Notes: generated by a model not told the origin, from the letters alone. A DNA stretch of 64,000 bases from Candidatus Collierbacteria bacterium UBA2277 (GCA_002347045.1 DDWV01000001.1:33553-97552), one strand, 5' to 3'. Counted from the first letter of the stretch, positions 37,371-46,757 are shown. Made by a program: numbers and translations.

Positions 37371-37397
37371 AAAACCTCCCGTCGGGAGGTTTTTTTG
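37371..37397. terminator. Bidirectional rho-independent terminator between tsf(+) and the 37400..38245(-) gene
   Basis: CCTCCC-GTCG-GGGAGG flanked by A-run upstream and TTTTTTT downstream. Confidence 0.6.
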
Positions 37398-37399
37398 GT

Positions 37400-38245
37400 T
37401 TATAAAGCTTTCAGTAAAAAAGTGGCCATAACAAGACCAAAATAGTAGGCAATTTGGATAAATGTTTGCCAGTTTGTCATAGATTGAGTGCTATTCCAGT
37501 GCTTTGGTGGATACTTTTTTTGTTTGTGCCATATTCCAACAGCCATTAGTAGAAGGAAAATTACCGCTCCGAAGTTTTGGATAAGTGCATTAAGGACCGC
37601 TGTTTTGCCTAGTCCAATTGGGAAGATGAGAATCGCAGTTGTGATAACGGTTGAAAAATAGATTCCACCGAGGGTAATAAGTCTGTCAGATTTCTTTTTT
37701 AGCGAAGAAAAAACGATCTGAAATAGTTGTCCACCGTCTATGTTCCATAGTGGGAGTAGGTTGAACATTGCCAAGACTCCGTTTATGAAAATCATTTGAC
37801 GTCCGAGTTCAGGGAGGATCATAGTGTGGACAAGTATTTGGCCGAAGGCGATCTGGAGAATATTCATTGTTGGCCCCGCTTGAAGAATCCATCCTATGTT
37901 CCACAAAGGAAGTAGATCAGACTTGCAATTTTCATCTTTGTTGATTGGAGCAGCAACAGCACCAAGGGGGAATAGAAAAAGAATGACTGTTTTGATGTCG
38001 TTATAGACAAACATGGCGAAGTGTCCGAGCTCGTGGATATACATTCCGAGCAGCATAGCTACAACTGCCCATGGGTTTTGAAATGCAATCCAAAAAATGG
38101 CAACAAAAGCCAAAACCCCTAGAATTTGAGATTTGGGATTGTTTTGCTTTTCAATTAACCACCAAATGATTTTTTGTTCTTGGAGTGTTGCTTTTATTTT
38201 TGTTACCAATGTTTTTGGGTTATTTGAGGACACTTGGTTAAGCAT
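37400..38245 (-). CDS. Membrane zinc metalloprotease, peptidase M50-like
   Basis: HELGHFAMF (HExxH) in a TM helix; 281 aa, multi-TM. Confidence 0.5.
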   Translation of the reverse strand: MLNQVSSNNPKTLVTKIKATLQEQKIIWWLIEKQNNPKSQILGVLAFVAIFWIAFQNPWAVVAMLLGMYIHELGHFAMFVYNDIKTVILFLFPLGAVAAPINKDENCKSDLLPLWNIGWILQAGPTMNILQIAFGQILVHTMILPELGRQMIFINGVLAMFNLLPLWNIDGGQLFQIVFSSLKKKSDRLITLGGIYFSTVITTAILIFPIGLGKTAVLNALIQNFGAVIFLLLMAVGIWHKQKKYPPKHWNSTQSMTNWQTFIQIAYYFGLVMATFLLKAL

Positions 38246-38388
38246 CGAAGCTCCTTTACTATACCTATTTGAAGGGGCGATAAAATACTGCTTAATTTAA
38301 CATGTTGGGTAGGTTCAGTCAAGTGTAGATGTTTATAATTTGTGATAAATAATTACTGCAATTTGTAATCCTGTTGTACAATTGAGTT

Positions 38389-38952
38389 ATGGTTATAGAA
38401 CATGAATTGATAGTATTGTTGCGTCAGAAGTTCGCAAAGGTCATAGAAAACATAGAGGAAGATTTTGCGACAGTGAGGGTGGGTAGGGCAAAACCAAGTT
38501 TGGTTGAGGGTTTGATGGTGTCTGCTTATGGATCTCATATGCGCTTGATGGAGTTGGCAACAATAACTGCTCCAGACTCAAACATGCTTATTATTTCTCC
38601 TTATGACAAAAGCGTATTGAGAGATATAGAAAAGGCGATTCAGGATAGCGAGATGCAGCTTTCGCCTTCAGTGTCAGGAGATGTTATTCGAATTGTGATT
38701 CCTTCCTTGACTCAGGAGAGAAGACTGGATTTTGTGAAGCTATTAAAACAGAAAACAGAGTCTGGCAAAATTATGCTTCGTCAGGCACGTCAAGACGTTA
38801 AAGAAAAGATAGATGCACTTAAAGAAAGAGAAGATGTTTCTGAAGATGATATTTACATGTTACTTGAGCAACTAGACAAAATTACTGGTGAGTTTAATGA
38901 GGAGATTGAGGAGATGAGTAGGGGGAAAGAAGAAGAGATTATGGTAGTGTAA
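38389..38952 (+). CDS. frr: Ribosome recycling factor
   Basis: VRVGRAKPSLVEGLMV..., PSLTQERRLDFVKLLKQKTESGKIMLRQARQD matches RRF; 187 aa. Confidence 0.85.
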   Translation: MVIEHELIVLLRQKFAKVIENIEEDFATVRVGRAKPSLVEGLMVSAYGSHMRLMELATITAPDSNMLIISPYDKSVLRDIEKAIQDSEMQLSPSVSGDVIRIVIPSLTQERRLDFVKLLKQKTESGKIMLRQARQDVKEKIDALKEREDVSEDDIYMLLEQLDKITGEFNEEIEEMSRGKEEEIMVV

Positions 38953-39000
38953 GGGATTTTTCGATTGCTTAATGGCTATATTTGAATATAGAATGTAGTA

Positions 39001-40083
39001 ATGCAACTTATTGTTTTTATATTAATGCTTTCGCTTTTGATTTTGATTCATGAGATGGGTCACTTTTTTATGGCACGTCTTTTTAAGATGAGAGTTGAGG
39101 AGTTTGGTATTGGTTTACCCCCTAGGGCGAAAACGTTGTTTGTGAAGAAGGGGACTTTGTTTAGTTTAAACTGGCTCCCCTTGGGGGGTTTCGTAAGGCT
39201 TTATGGTGAGGATATGGATAATCCTGAACAGGCAAGTTCTCCTGAGGCCTTTTTTAATAAACCTATGTGGCAAAGAGCGGTGGTACTATTAGCAGGAGTT
39301 TTTATGAACTTTCTTTTAGGAGTTGTAGTTTTTGGAGTTGTGTACTCTTACTTGGGAATTCCTACTGAAACAGATAAAGTATTCATTGTGGAAGTGAGTA
39401 AAGATTCACCAGCTGAGTTAGCGGGTATTGTAAGTGATCGTGAGGTTAAGAAAATTGTGTTTGAAGAACAAGAGTATTTATTTGATGGGGTTGATGGTTT
39501 TATAGAGCAAGTGAGTTTTTTAAAAGGTAAAGAGATAGAGATGTTGTTACTAGATAAACGAGGAGCAGAGAGTGTGGTAAAGCTGGTTCCCAGAGTAAAT
39601 CCGCCAGAGGGTCAGGGTTCTTTGGGAGTAGCCTTGTCTAGTATTGAAATGAAGAAATATCCAATATGGCAGATGCCGTTTATGGGGATAAAGGTTGGTT
39701 TGAGAGAAGCCTGGGGTTGGGGTAAGGAAATTGCGTCTAATCTTGGGACTATTATGTATGGACTGATAACTGGTAAAGGCATTCCAAAGGATGTTGCTGG
39801 CCCTGTAGGTATGTATCAAGTGAGCAAGGAAGTATACAAAGTAGGTTGGGTGGCTGTTTTGCAGTTTATGGGTATATTATCAATTAACTTAGCGATACTG
39901 AATGCCATGCCTTTTCCGGCACTGGATGGTGGAAGAATTGCTTTTTTGGGAGTCGAGAAGATTATTGGAAAAAAGAGAAAGAACAGGATTGAAGGCTATG
40001 TAAATACAGCAGGAATGATCTTTTTACTCAGTTTTATGGCCTTTGTGACGGTGAAAGATGTGATTAAATTATTTGTAAAATGA
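39001..40083 (+). CDS. rseP: RIP zinc metalloprotease RseP-like (M50 with PDZ)
   Basis: LILIHEMGHFFMARLF (HExxH), central PDZ-like region, C-terminal NxxPxxxLDGG (LNAMPFPALDGG); 360 aa. Confidence 0.75.
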   Translation: MQLIVFILMLSLLILIHEMGHFFMARLFKMRVEEFGIGLPPRAKTLFVKKGTLFSLNWLPLGGFVRLYGEDMDNPEQASSPEAFFNKPMWQRAVVLLAGVFMNFLLGVVVFGVVYSYLGIPTETDKVFIVEVSKDSPAELAGIVSDREVKKIVFEEQEYLFDGVDGFIEQVSFLKGKEIEMLLLDKRGAESVVKLVPRVNPPEGQGSLGVALSSIEMKKYPIWQMPFMGIKVGLREAWGWGKEIASNLGTIMYGLITGKGIPKDVAGPVGMYQVSKEVYKVGWVAVLQFMGILSINLAILNAMPFPALDGGRIAFLGVEKIIGKKRKNRIEGYVNTAGMIFLLSFMAFVTVKDVIKLFVK

Positions 40084-40135
40084 GTGAATTATCTGGAAGT
40101 AAAATAAAATTGTTTCGAGATAAATCATTTAATGA

Positions 40136-40540
40136 GTGTTAGTCCTGTGTATTATGATAGATAAAAATTGTCTTTTTTGTCAGATCGGGGGACACAAAGA
40201 ACCAGCAGAGATTGTTTGGGAAAATGAGGAGTTTATAGCTATAAAAAATAAACATCCTGTTGCTCCTGTGCATGTGCTTGTTTTGCCGAAAAGTCATGTA
40301 GAGAAAAGTAATTGGGTTGCCCCACTACGTGAAGCAAAACTACGCGGGGCAAAATTGCCCGACACAACGGGGGAATTTTGGGGTAAAATAATGCCAGTCG
40401 TTTTTGAGGTGGTTGTTTTGCTTGGTTTAGATAAAACTGGTTACAAACTAGTGAATAATGGAGCTGGCTACAATCACTTTGAGCATGAACATATACACAT
40501 CCTGGGAGGCACAGAAGTTGAACCAGGTGGATCAACATGA
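40136..40540 (+). CDS. HIT-family (histidine triad) nucleotide hydrolase
   Basis: Histidine triad HEHIHILGG; 134 aa; ends with TGA. Confidence 0.75.
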   Translation: MLVLCIMIDKNCLFCQIGGHKEPAEIVWENEEFIAIKNKHPVAPVHVLVLPKSHVEKSNWVAPLREAKLRGAKLPDTTGEFWGKIMPVVFEVVVLLGLDKTGYKLVNNGAGYNHFEHEHIHILGGTEVEPGGST

Positions 40541-40610
40541 TAACGCATTAATAAAGAAAATAATATCCGCCAAAGGCGGATTGAATACAAGAAAGGTAGG
40601 TGCATTTTTT

Positions 40611-40835
40611 ATGGCACTCGTTGCAAGAAAAAAACAAGGTCAAAGTACACAACAGTTAATCAGCGAATTTAAAAAGCTGACTTATGAAGATCAAGGACTC
40701 GAAAGAGTTAAGACTGTTGGTATGACTGGATATCAAAAACCATCAACTATACGTAACGTTAAGATGATTGAACTTCGAAAAGCTTCGGCTAGAATTCGTC
40801 GTCGAAACAAGCGTGCAGCTGGTTTTACTAAATAA
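40611..40835 (+). CDS. rpsU: 30S ribosomal protein S21-like small basic protein
   Basis: Internal ATG of ORF 40458..40835, whose 5' end overlaps the HIT gene. MALVARKK..LISEFKKL..YQKPSTIRNVK...RIRRRNKRA parallels the S21 pattern (MPxIxVR..ALRRFKR..YEKPSxxRKRK). Immediately upstream of GatB/YqeY, a common rpsU-yqeY linkage. Confidence 0.5.
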   Translation: MALVARKKQGQSTQQLISEFKKLTYEDQGLERVKTVGMTGYQKPSTIRNVKMIELRKASARIRRRNKRAAGFTK

Positions 40836-40846
40836 CATTACAATAC

Positions 40847-41278
40847 ATGCTTTATGAAAGGCTAAAAGAAGAGTCTGTAACTGCTTTGAAAGCGGGAGAT
40901 TCTCGTTTGCTTGGGATTTTGCGATTGTTGTTGTCTGAGTTGGCATATGCACAGGCAGACTATAAAGAGGGTGATCTTCCAGATGAAGAGGTGGTTCGTA
41001 TCTTGTCAAAGGAGGCCAAAAAGCGTAAAGAAGCAATTGAGATCTACGAAAAGGCTGGTGAAGCTGCTAGAGCCGATCAGGAAAAGTATGAGTTAGGTGT
41101 TATAGATCAGTATCTTCCTCGATTGATGGGCGAGTCAGAAGTAGAAGCGGAAGTGAGTAAAATTGCTTCTGAGACTGGCCTTAGTGGAGGTCGTTTGATG
41201 GGAGCTGTTATGAGTAAGCTTAGAGGAAAGGTGGATGGGGGAATGATAAACAAAATTGTGCTTGAAAAGTATTCCTGA
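40847..41278 (+). CDS. yqeY: GatB/YqeY domain protein
   Basis: MLYERLKEESVTALKAGDSRLLGILRLLLSEL... is a typical YqeY N-terminus; 143 aa. Confidence 0.7.
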   Translation: MLYERLKEESVTALKAGDSRLLGILRLLLSELAYAQADYKEGDLPDEEVVRILSKEAKKRKEAIEIYEKAGEAARADQEKYELGVIDQYLPRLMGESEVEAEVSKIASETGLSGGRLMGAVMSKLRGKVDGGMINKIVLEKYS

Positions 41279-41336
41279 GTGTTTTGTAGTAAAATATCTT
41301 ATATTCATTGCATATTAACATGCTATAGGAGGTGTT

Positions 41337-41615
41337 TTGAGTGTCCGAGTGTTAAGGCATGGGATTGAGGATTTTGAACCTTTTGAGTGTCCTTGCATTT
41401 TTTGTAAAAATATTTTATTTGTTACAGAAGCTCGAGACCTTAATCTTACCGATTACAGTAGCTCATTTGACGATAATTTTCACGATGTTATGATTTATGT
41501 AATTTGTCCAGAGTGTCGCTCGGCTGTTATATGTCCGGATGATCAGCAACGATTGTATCTAACAAGATTACTAGTTAGAAGAAAATCTAATCAAGAAAAA
41601 TGGAGAGATATCTGA
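41337..41615 (+). CDS. Small 4-Cys zinc-ribbon protein, paralog 1
   Basis: 92 aa; DFEPFECPC..C...YVICPECRS..CPDDQQRLY; overlaps paralog 2 by 16 nt. Confidence 0.5.
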   Translation: MSVRVLRHGIEDFEPFECPCIFCKNILFVTEARDLNLTDYSSSFDDNFHDVMIYVICPECRSAVICPDDQQRLYLTRLLVRRKSNQEKWRDI

Positions 41616-41869
41616 TGACAGTTATCGTGAAGAAACATGGACTTGATGATTTTGAACCTTTTGATTGTACATGTAAGGTCTGTGGTTGTTTGGTTGAGGT
41701 AACAGAAGCAGAGGATTTGAAAATTGCTTCTTATAATGGAGTTGATGACGGCCCTGGAGAGGCAATGATTTATGTTGATTGCCCGGACTGCTATTCAGAC
41801 ATTCTGTGTCCAGATGAACAGCAAAAACTTTACACAAAAAAAGTGTTAGTGATGATCAAAAAAAAATAA
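41600..41869 (+). CDS. Small 4-Cys zinc-ribbon protein, paralog 2
   Basis: 89 aa; DFEPFDCTCKVCG...YVDCPDCYS..CPDEQQKLY; collinear with paralog 1. Confidence 0.5.
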   Translation: MERYLMTVIVKKHGLDDFEPFDCTCKVCGCLVEVTEAEDLKIASYNGVDDGPGEAMIYVDCPDCYSDILCPDEQQKLYTKKVLVMIKKK

Positions 41870-41876
41870 TTTGTAG

Positions 41877-42308
41877 TTGCCCTGGTTTATCCAGGGTTTT
41901 TTGTGGATATATAATAGAGATATGAAGTTGTTTTTAGACATAGCGGCAGATAGTAGGTACCAGTTTGATAGAAAGCGGGTCAAGTTGGCTTTGGAGAAGT
42001 TGCTGGTTGAGCAAGATATGGTGAGTGGAGATGTAAAAATTTCCTTATCTGTTGTCGGTGAGAGGAAGATACGAGAGTTAGAGAAGAAATATTTTAATCG
42101 TGATGAGGTTACTGATGTGTTGTCTTTTCCTTTAGAAGAGGGTGAGTTGATGCCTGAGGATGATGATGGATTAAATCTAGGAGATATTGTTATCTGTTAT
42201 CCTCAGGCAAAGCGACAGGCTTTGCAATGGAACAGAACGGTGGATGATGAGTTGGAGTTTTTGGCTTGTCATGGTTTACTACATCTTTTGGGTATTCATC
42301 ACGACTAA
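41877..42308 (+). CDS. ybeY: Endoribonuclease YbeY (rRNA maturation factor)
   Basis: C-terminal HGLLHLLGIHHD (H3xH5xH zinc motif); start may be the internal ATG ~41922. Confidence 0.8.
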   Translation: MPWFIQGFLWIYNRDMKLFLDIAADSRYQFDRKRVKLALEKLLVEQDMVSGDVKISLSVVGERKIRELEKKYFNRDEVTDVLSFPLEEGELMPEDDDGLNLGDIVICYPQAKRQALQWNRTVDDELEFLACHGLLHLLGIHHD

Positions 42309-42375
42309 GGTTGTCTCCGTGGTAGAATTTGCTGGTACTTTGAGTAAAATCCTAGATATATTCTTGGAGGTGTAA

Positions 42376-42738
42376 ATGAGTGAAGGTATAAAGATTTTGG
42401 ATGTTCAGGTGGCCGTAGATGTTGCACAGAGAGTTCTTGATATGTTGAAGGGGAAGGTCTTTGATGTTGTTACATATCACTCTGCTCATAGGTTTGATTT
42501 GACAGTCTTAGAGGAGGCACGACTTAAGGGTGACTCGATTGATGTAAATAACACAATGGTTAGGATCTTTTTGTATCCAAAGAGATCAATTGCTTTTGGT
42601 GTTGCTGAGTCTCCTGTGGTTACTTTTATTTCTGAGCGAAGAGTGGACATCGTAAGGAAGTTTCCTAATGGTGACACCTTAATAAGAATTATCTTGATTA
42701 ATCAGGACGGGCTCCGTCTTGAGTGGATGAATGACTAG
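42376..42738 (+). CDS. Hypothetical protein
   Basis: 120-aa ORF with SD-like GGAGG upstream. Confidence 0.4.
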   Translation: MSEGIKILDVQVAVDVAQRVLDMLKGKVFDVVTYHSAHRFDLTVLEEARLKGDSIDVNNTMVRIFLYPKRSIAFGVAESPVVTFISERRVDIVRKFPNGDTLIRIILINQDGLRLEWMND

Positions 42739-42954
42739 TTTTTTTAGTTTACCCAGCACTTTGCTGGGTATTTTTATTGGAAAATTGTTGATTAAGGTTG
42801 ATAAGGGAGACTTATTGTATTTATTGAGTAATATAATTTTTTTTATATTCTTTTGAGTTTTTAAAATAATGATATAGTTGCTCGAAAAATTGACTGGTTT
42901 TGAGGTGGTTATTTGTAGTTGACACGAGTGAGGGGGACATCATAAGGTGTTAAT

Positions 42955-44538
42955 GTGAGTTTTTATCAAAAGTATCGACCAAGGAAAATTTCTGAACTAG
43001 ACCTGGTGTCTGTTCGTGAGTCTTTGGAGTCCGTTCTGAAGAGTGGAAAACTTTCTCATGCCTACTTGTTCGTAGGTCCTCGAGGATCTGGAAAAACTAG
43101 TACTGCTCGGATTCTAGCTCAGATAGTTAACTGCGAGAAGAATGTCGACAAAAAGTCAAACTTATCTGAGCCTTGTGGAGAATGTTCGGCTTGCTTGTCG
43201 ATACTCCGAGGGAGTAGTGTTGATGTAATTGAGGTTGATGCTGCCAGTAGCGGCTTGGTTGATGACATTCGTGATTTACGAGAGAAAGTTCGTTTATCGC
43301 CAACACATCTTCAAAAAAAGGTATACATAATTGATGAGGTCCACATGGTGTCTACCGCAGGTTTTAATGCACTACTTAAGACGCTTGAAGAGCCTCCGAA
43401 ACATGCAATGTTTATTCTTTGTACTACTGAGTCACAGAAAGTACCTGAGACTATTGTGAGTCGTTGTTGCCGGGTGAATTTTACGAAGGCTTCGATATCT
43501 GAAGTAGTGGGGTCTTTGATGAAAGCTGTGAATGGAGAGGGTCTAGACATCAATGAAGAGGCTCTTGGTGAGATAGCAGAAGCTACTGACGGTAGTTTTC
43601 GTGAAGGTCATAAGCTACTTGAGCAAATCGCTACGCATGGAAAGTCAATTGACTCAGATTTGGTTCTTCAGGTTTTAGGTATCGTGGGAAAACAATCTGT
43701 AAAAGACTTAGTTTTGTCGGCAAAGAAGAGGAACTCAGTAAAAATTGTAAAGAGCTTTGGTGAGATGGAAAAGTCAGGTATTAAGGCACAAGTTTTGGCG
43801 GCATCACTTTTGGCGCAGCTAAAGGATGAAATGGAGGAGGCCCTTGAAAGAGGTTTTTCTGTTGTTGATGACTTGAAATTAATTGACGAGTTAATAAATG
43901 CCACAGACAAAATAAAGATCTCTCCTTTGCCACTTTTGCCTTTGGAGATTGCTTTACTTTCCTTGTCGATTGAGGATGATAGTTCTGGTAGAAGTGCTTC
44001 TTTTGGTGGTGATAAAGACTCAGAGAAAAATGAAACAACAGAAAGTGAAAAGTCTGTTAAAAGTGAGTCGACTGAAATAAAAGATGTAAAAACCGATAGT
44101 GTCAAAAAATTGACACAAGAAGAAAAAATAGAAGATGCGAGCAATGTTGTTGTACATAATTATGACGGACCTTTGGTGAGTTTGGAGAAGATTAAAATGG
44201 AGTGGATGGATTTTTTGAATGTGATGTCAAGCAACTATGGACCTTTAGCCGGGATGTTGAGGCTTGTTTCACCTGTTGATATGAATGGCAAGTCTTTGAC
44301 ATTAGCAGTTACATCCAAGTTTCAGCAAGATATCCTTGAGAGGGATGTTAAGAAAAAATTGATTGAAGAACAAATGGCAAAAATATGGGGTCCAATGACT
44401 TTCCGTTGTGTGTTGGGGGAGAAAGAAGCAGCCAGGATAGCTCCTGAGCCGAGTGATGTGAATGTTGAGCCTCTTAATGAAGATGTTAAAGAAGATAGGG
44501 GAATAGTAGCTGCTGCAGAAGAAATTTTTGGAGGATAA
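42955..44538 (+). CDS. dnaX: DNA polymerase III subunit gamma/tau
   Basis: YRPRKISELDLV, Walker A GPRGSGKTSTARILAQ, Zn-module CGECSAC, Walker B YIIDEVHM, sensor motifs; 527 aa. Confidence 0.85.
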   Translation: MSFYQKYRPRKISELDLVSVRESLESVLKSGKLSHAYLFVGPRGSGKTSTARILAQIVNCEKNVDKKSNLSEPCGECSACLSILRGSSVDVIEVDAASSGLVDDIRDLREKVRLSPTHLQKKVYIIDEVHMVSTAGFNALLKTLEEPPKHAMFILCTTESQKVPETIVSRCCRVNFTKASISEVVGSLMKAVNGEGLDINEEALGEIAEATDGSFREGHKLLEQIATHGKSIDSDLVLQVLGIVGKQSVKDLVLSAKKRNSVKIVKSFGEMEKSGIKAQVLAASLLAQLKDEMEEALERGFSVVDDLKLIDELINATDKIKISPLPLLPLEIALLSLSIEDDSSGRSASFGGDKDSEKNETTESEKSVKSESTEIKDVKTDSVKKLTQEEKIEDASNVVVHNYDGPLVSLEKIKMEWMDFLNVMSSNYGPLAGMLRLVSPVDMNGKSLTLAVTSKFQQDILERDVKKKLIEEQMAKIWGPMTFRCVLGEKEAARIAPEPSDVNVEPLNEDVKEDRGIVAAAEEIFGG

Positions 44539-44634
44539 TTTTTCTTGGTTTCTAGTGCTCGTGTAAATTAACAAATAGTCGCTCTTTTTGTTATGTTGCT
44601 ATAATTGGATTATTAAAAGTTAGTATATAAAAAT

Positions 44635-44934
44635 ATGTTCAATGGTATAAAACAGTTTGGAGCACAAGGTGCAGCTATTACAAAGTTGGCCTTGCTTCAA
44701 AAGAGGATTCAAAAACACAAGACTGAAGTAGAAGAGAATGGTGTTAAGGCTGTGGTTACAGGAGACGGAAAGTTAAAAGAGTTATATGTTGACGGAGAGA
44801 GTTTGGGGACAGCTGTAAAAGTAGTCAATGAGGCAATTACAAAGGCACAGAAATATTCTGCTGAAGAGATGAAGGATTCTATGGGCGACTTGTCCAAAGT
44901 TTTGGCAAATATGCCAAAGGGAATGGGGCTGTAA
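44635..44934 (+). CDS. ybaB: Nucleoid-associated protein YbaB/EbfC
   Basis: 99 aa; MFNG...QKRIQKHKTEVEENGVKAVVTGDGKLKELYVDGESL matches the YbaB family; lies between dnaX and recR. Confidence 0.75.
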   Translation: MFNGIKQFGAQGAAITKLALLQKRIQKHKTEVEENGVKAVVTGDGKLKELYVDGESLGTAVKVVNEAITKAQKYSAEEMKDSMGDLSKVLANMPKGMGL

Positions 44935-44955
44935 ATTAAAAACAGATTTAGGTGT

Positions 44956-44990
44956 AAAAAAGCCCTCTTTTTAGAGGGCTTTGTTTTGGG
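44956..44990. terminator. Bidirectional terminator
   Basis: AGCCCTCT-TTTTAG-AGAGGGCT with A-run before and TTTGTTTT after. Confidence 0.55.
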
Positions 44991-44996
44991 TCTTGG

Positions 44997-45380
44997 TTAA
45001 ATTACGAATTCGATAGTGATTTCCTTGGATGATTCTGATTTTGTGTTCCAACCTTTTGAAAGGTCGTCAATCAGTTTGAGAAGCTCTGTGTTTTCTCTTT
45101 CTTCTGGAATAATTGTTCCATAATTATCATATCTAAAAAGGTCAATGTTGATTAATGCAATTTGGACATTTTTGAAAATAGTAACCACTTCTGTTTTTTT
45201 AAAAAGTTTCTTTTTTTGCACCTTAATTGTTTTAGGAATCAAGATACGAATTTCATACCTTTTCTTTTGATATGCTTCTACTTCCACAATGAACTGTGGG
45301 TAGTTCATTGCAGTAGCCTTTGCGTTGGCTACGTTTTCTTTTTGCAAAGTTTCGCCAGATTTTACTATTTTTACTGACAC
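44997..45380 (-). CDS. Hypothetical protein on the opposite strand inside the dnaX-ybaB-recR cluster
   Basis: 127-aa ORF, Lys-rich, no recognisable motif. Confidence 0.45.
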   Translation of the reverse strand: MSVKIVKSGETLQKENVANAKATAMNYPQFIVEVEAYQKKRYEIRILIPKTIKVQKKKLFKKTEVVTIFKNVQIALINIDLFRYDNYGTIIPEERENTELLKLIDDLSKGWNTKSESSKEITIEFVI

Positions 45381-45533
45381 TTTTCTTCCTCCAATTTTTG
45401 AATGTTCTGTGTGGATTTACGTTAGGGGGAGTATAGCATTTAACCTATAGGGAGTCAATTGTGATACTTTGGGTAGTTTGGCTATGTTTGATGGGCGATA
45501 AAATGGCCGTAATCGTGTAATATTGAGTTTGTT

Positions 45534-46145
45534 ATGAGAAGTATCCGACCAGTACAGAAAGTAATTGATGCCTTTGAGGCTTTGCCAGGGGTTGGTCCAA
45601 AGTCTGCAGCTCGCTTGGCTTACTATCTATTGAATGTTCCTCAAGAAAAACTTACTAAGTTCGCTGATGCTTTGGATAATCTAAAGAAGGATACAAAGCT
45701 ATGCAAACTTTGTTTTAACGTGGGTGAAGAGGATTTTTGTCCTGTTTGTCAGGATAGTACAAGGAGTAAGACACAGGTCTGTGTAGTAGAAAACTCGTTG
45801 GACTTACTGGCTTTTGAAAGGGCAGATGGCTATAAGGGCGTGTACCATGTTCTAGGAGGAGTAATTAACCCATTGGCTAATATTGGTCCAGACGATTTAC
45901 GTATTCCGCAGCTGATGGCTCGAGTGAAGGCTGGCGAGATCAAGGAGCTAATTATTGCTACGAATCCAAATATGGAAGGTGAGGCTACGGCTATGTATCT
46001 GACGATGAAAATCAAAGATATGGGTTTGAGTAATGAGATTAAGATAACGAGAATTGGGCGGGGACTTCCAACTGGTGCGGATGTCGAGTATGCAGACGGT
46101 CAGACTTTGATGAGAGCTCTGGAGAGCAGGAGTGAGATGAGTTGA
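45534..46145 (+). CDS. recR: Recombination protein RecR
   Basis: HhH N-terminus (LPGVGPKSAARLAYY), C4 zinc finger CKLCFNVGEEDFCPVC, Toprim domain; 203 aa. Confidence 0.85.
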   Translation: MRSIRPVQKVIDAFEALPGVGPKSAARLAYYLLNVPQEKLTKFADALDNLKKDTKLCKLCFNVGEEDFCPVCQDSTRSKTQVCVVENSLDLLAFERADGYKGVYHVLGGVINPLANIGPDDLRIPQLMARVKAGEIKELIIATNPNMEGEATAMYLTMKIKDMGLSNEIKITRIGRGLPTGADVEYADGQTLMRALESRSEMS

Positions 46146-46226
46146 AAAGATAGACCCAATTACTTGACGCATAGCATTTTTATGCTATGATTTGAGTCTT
46201 AAGTTCTTTCAAATCAAGGAGAAAAA

Positions 46227-46757
46227 ATGGCAAAACATTGCACGGTCCAGTTTCTTGGACAGATATTTTTAGAGACTTATCCAAAGCAATATTGCATCGA
46301 CGCTTGGCCGACCTACGCGTTTGTTTCAAAATACGATGTGCGGCGCAGGCTTCACGAAACAGTTGCTCTATACGACTTTAAGAAAAATGAAGTTCAAATT
46401 TTTTGTCCTTCTTTTTGTGAATACCATAAAGTCAAGGAAACAATCTCAAAGATGGTTGAAGCGGGCTATGAGCCTTTTCAAATTGTCACAAGTAAGACTG
46501 TAACTTGGAACTTTCTTGATTTTATAGCCTACTGGTTGGAAACTACTACAGAGTGTGATGGTAATGGAAACACTCTTATGTTGAATGAAAACCTAACAGT
46601 TGTGGCCCTGAGATTGAGTATTCTGAAGAATATTAGCGAGACTGAGATAGTCTATGTTTTTGATGATGAGATTCTGAGAAAAATGAATGAATTTCTAGCT
46701 GAATACAAAGTTGTTTCTCGGATACCGGTATCCCTTGAGTGTTTAAGGGTGTACTGA
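46227..46757 (+). CDS. Hypothetical protein
   Basis: 176-aa ORF; strong terminator CCCCCCC-GATTATCA-GGGGGG-TTTTTTT at 46766-46794. Confidence 0.45.
   Translation: MAKHCTVQFLGQIFLETYPKQYCIDAWPTYAFVSKYDVRRRLHETVALYDFKKNEVQIFCPSFCEYHKVKETISKMVEAGYEPFQIVTSKTVTWNFLDFIAYWLETTTECDGNGNTLMLNENLTVVALRLSILKNISETEIVYVFDDEILRKMNEFLAEYKVVSRIPVSLECLRVY

Noticed and set aside
43314-43320. In-frame A_AAA_AAG heptamer in dnaX, the classic tau/gamma -1 frameshift motif
   Set aside because: It lies at the Walker B region (codon ~120), not after domain III. A -1 shift here would terminate after 5 codons and yield a non-functional fragment. It is most likely just Lys-Lys codons.
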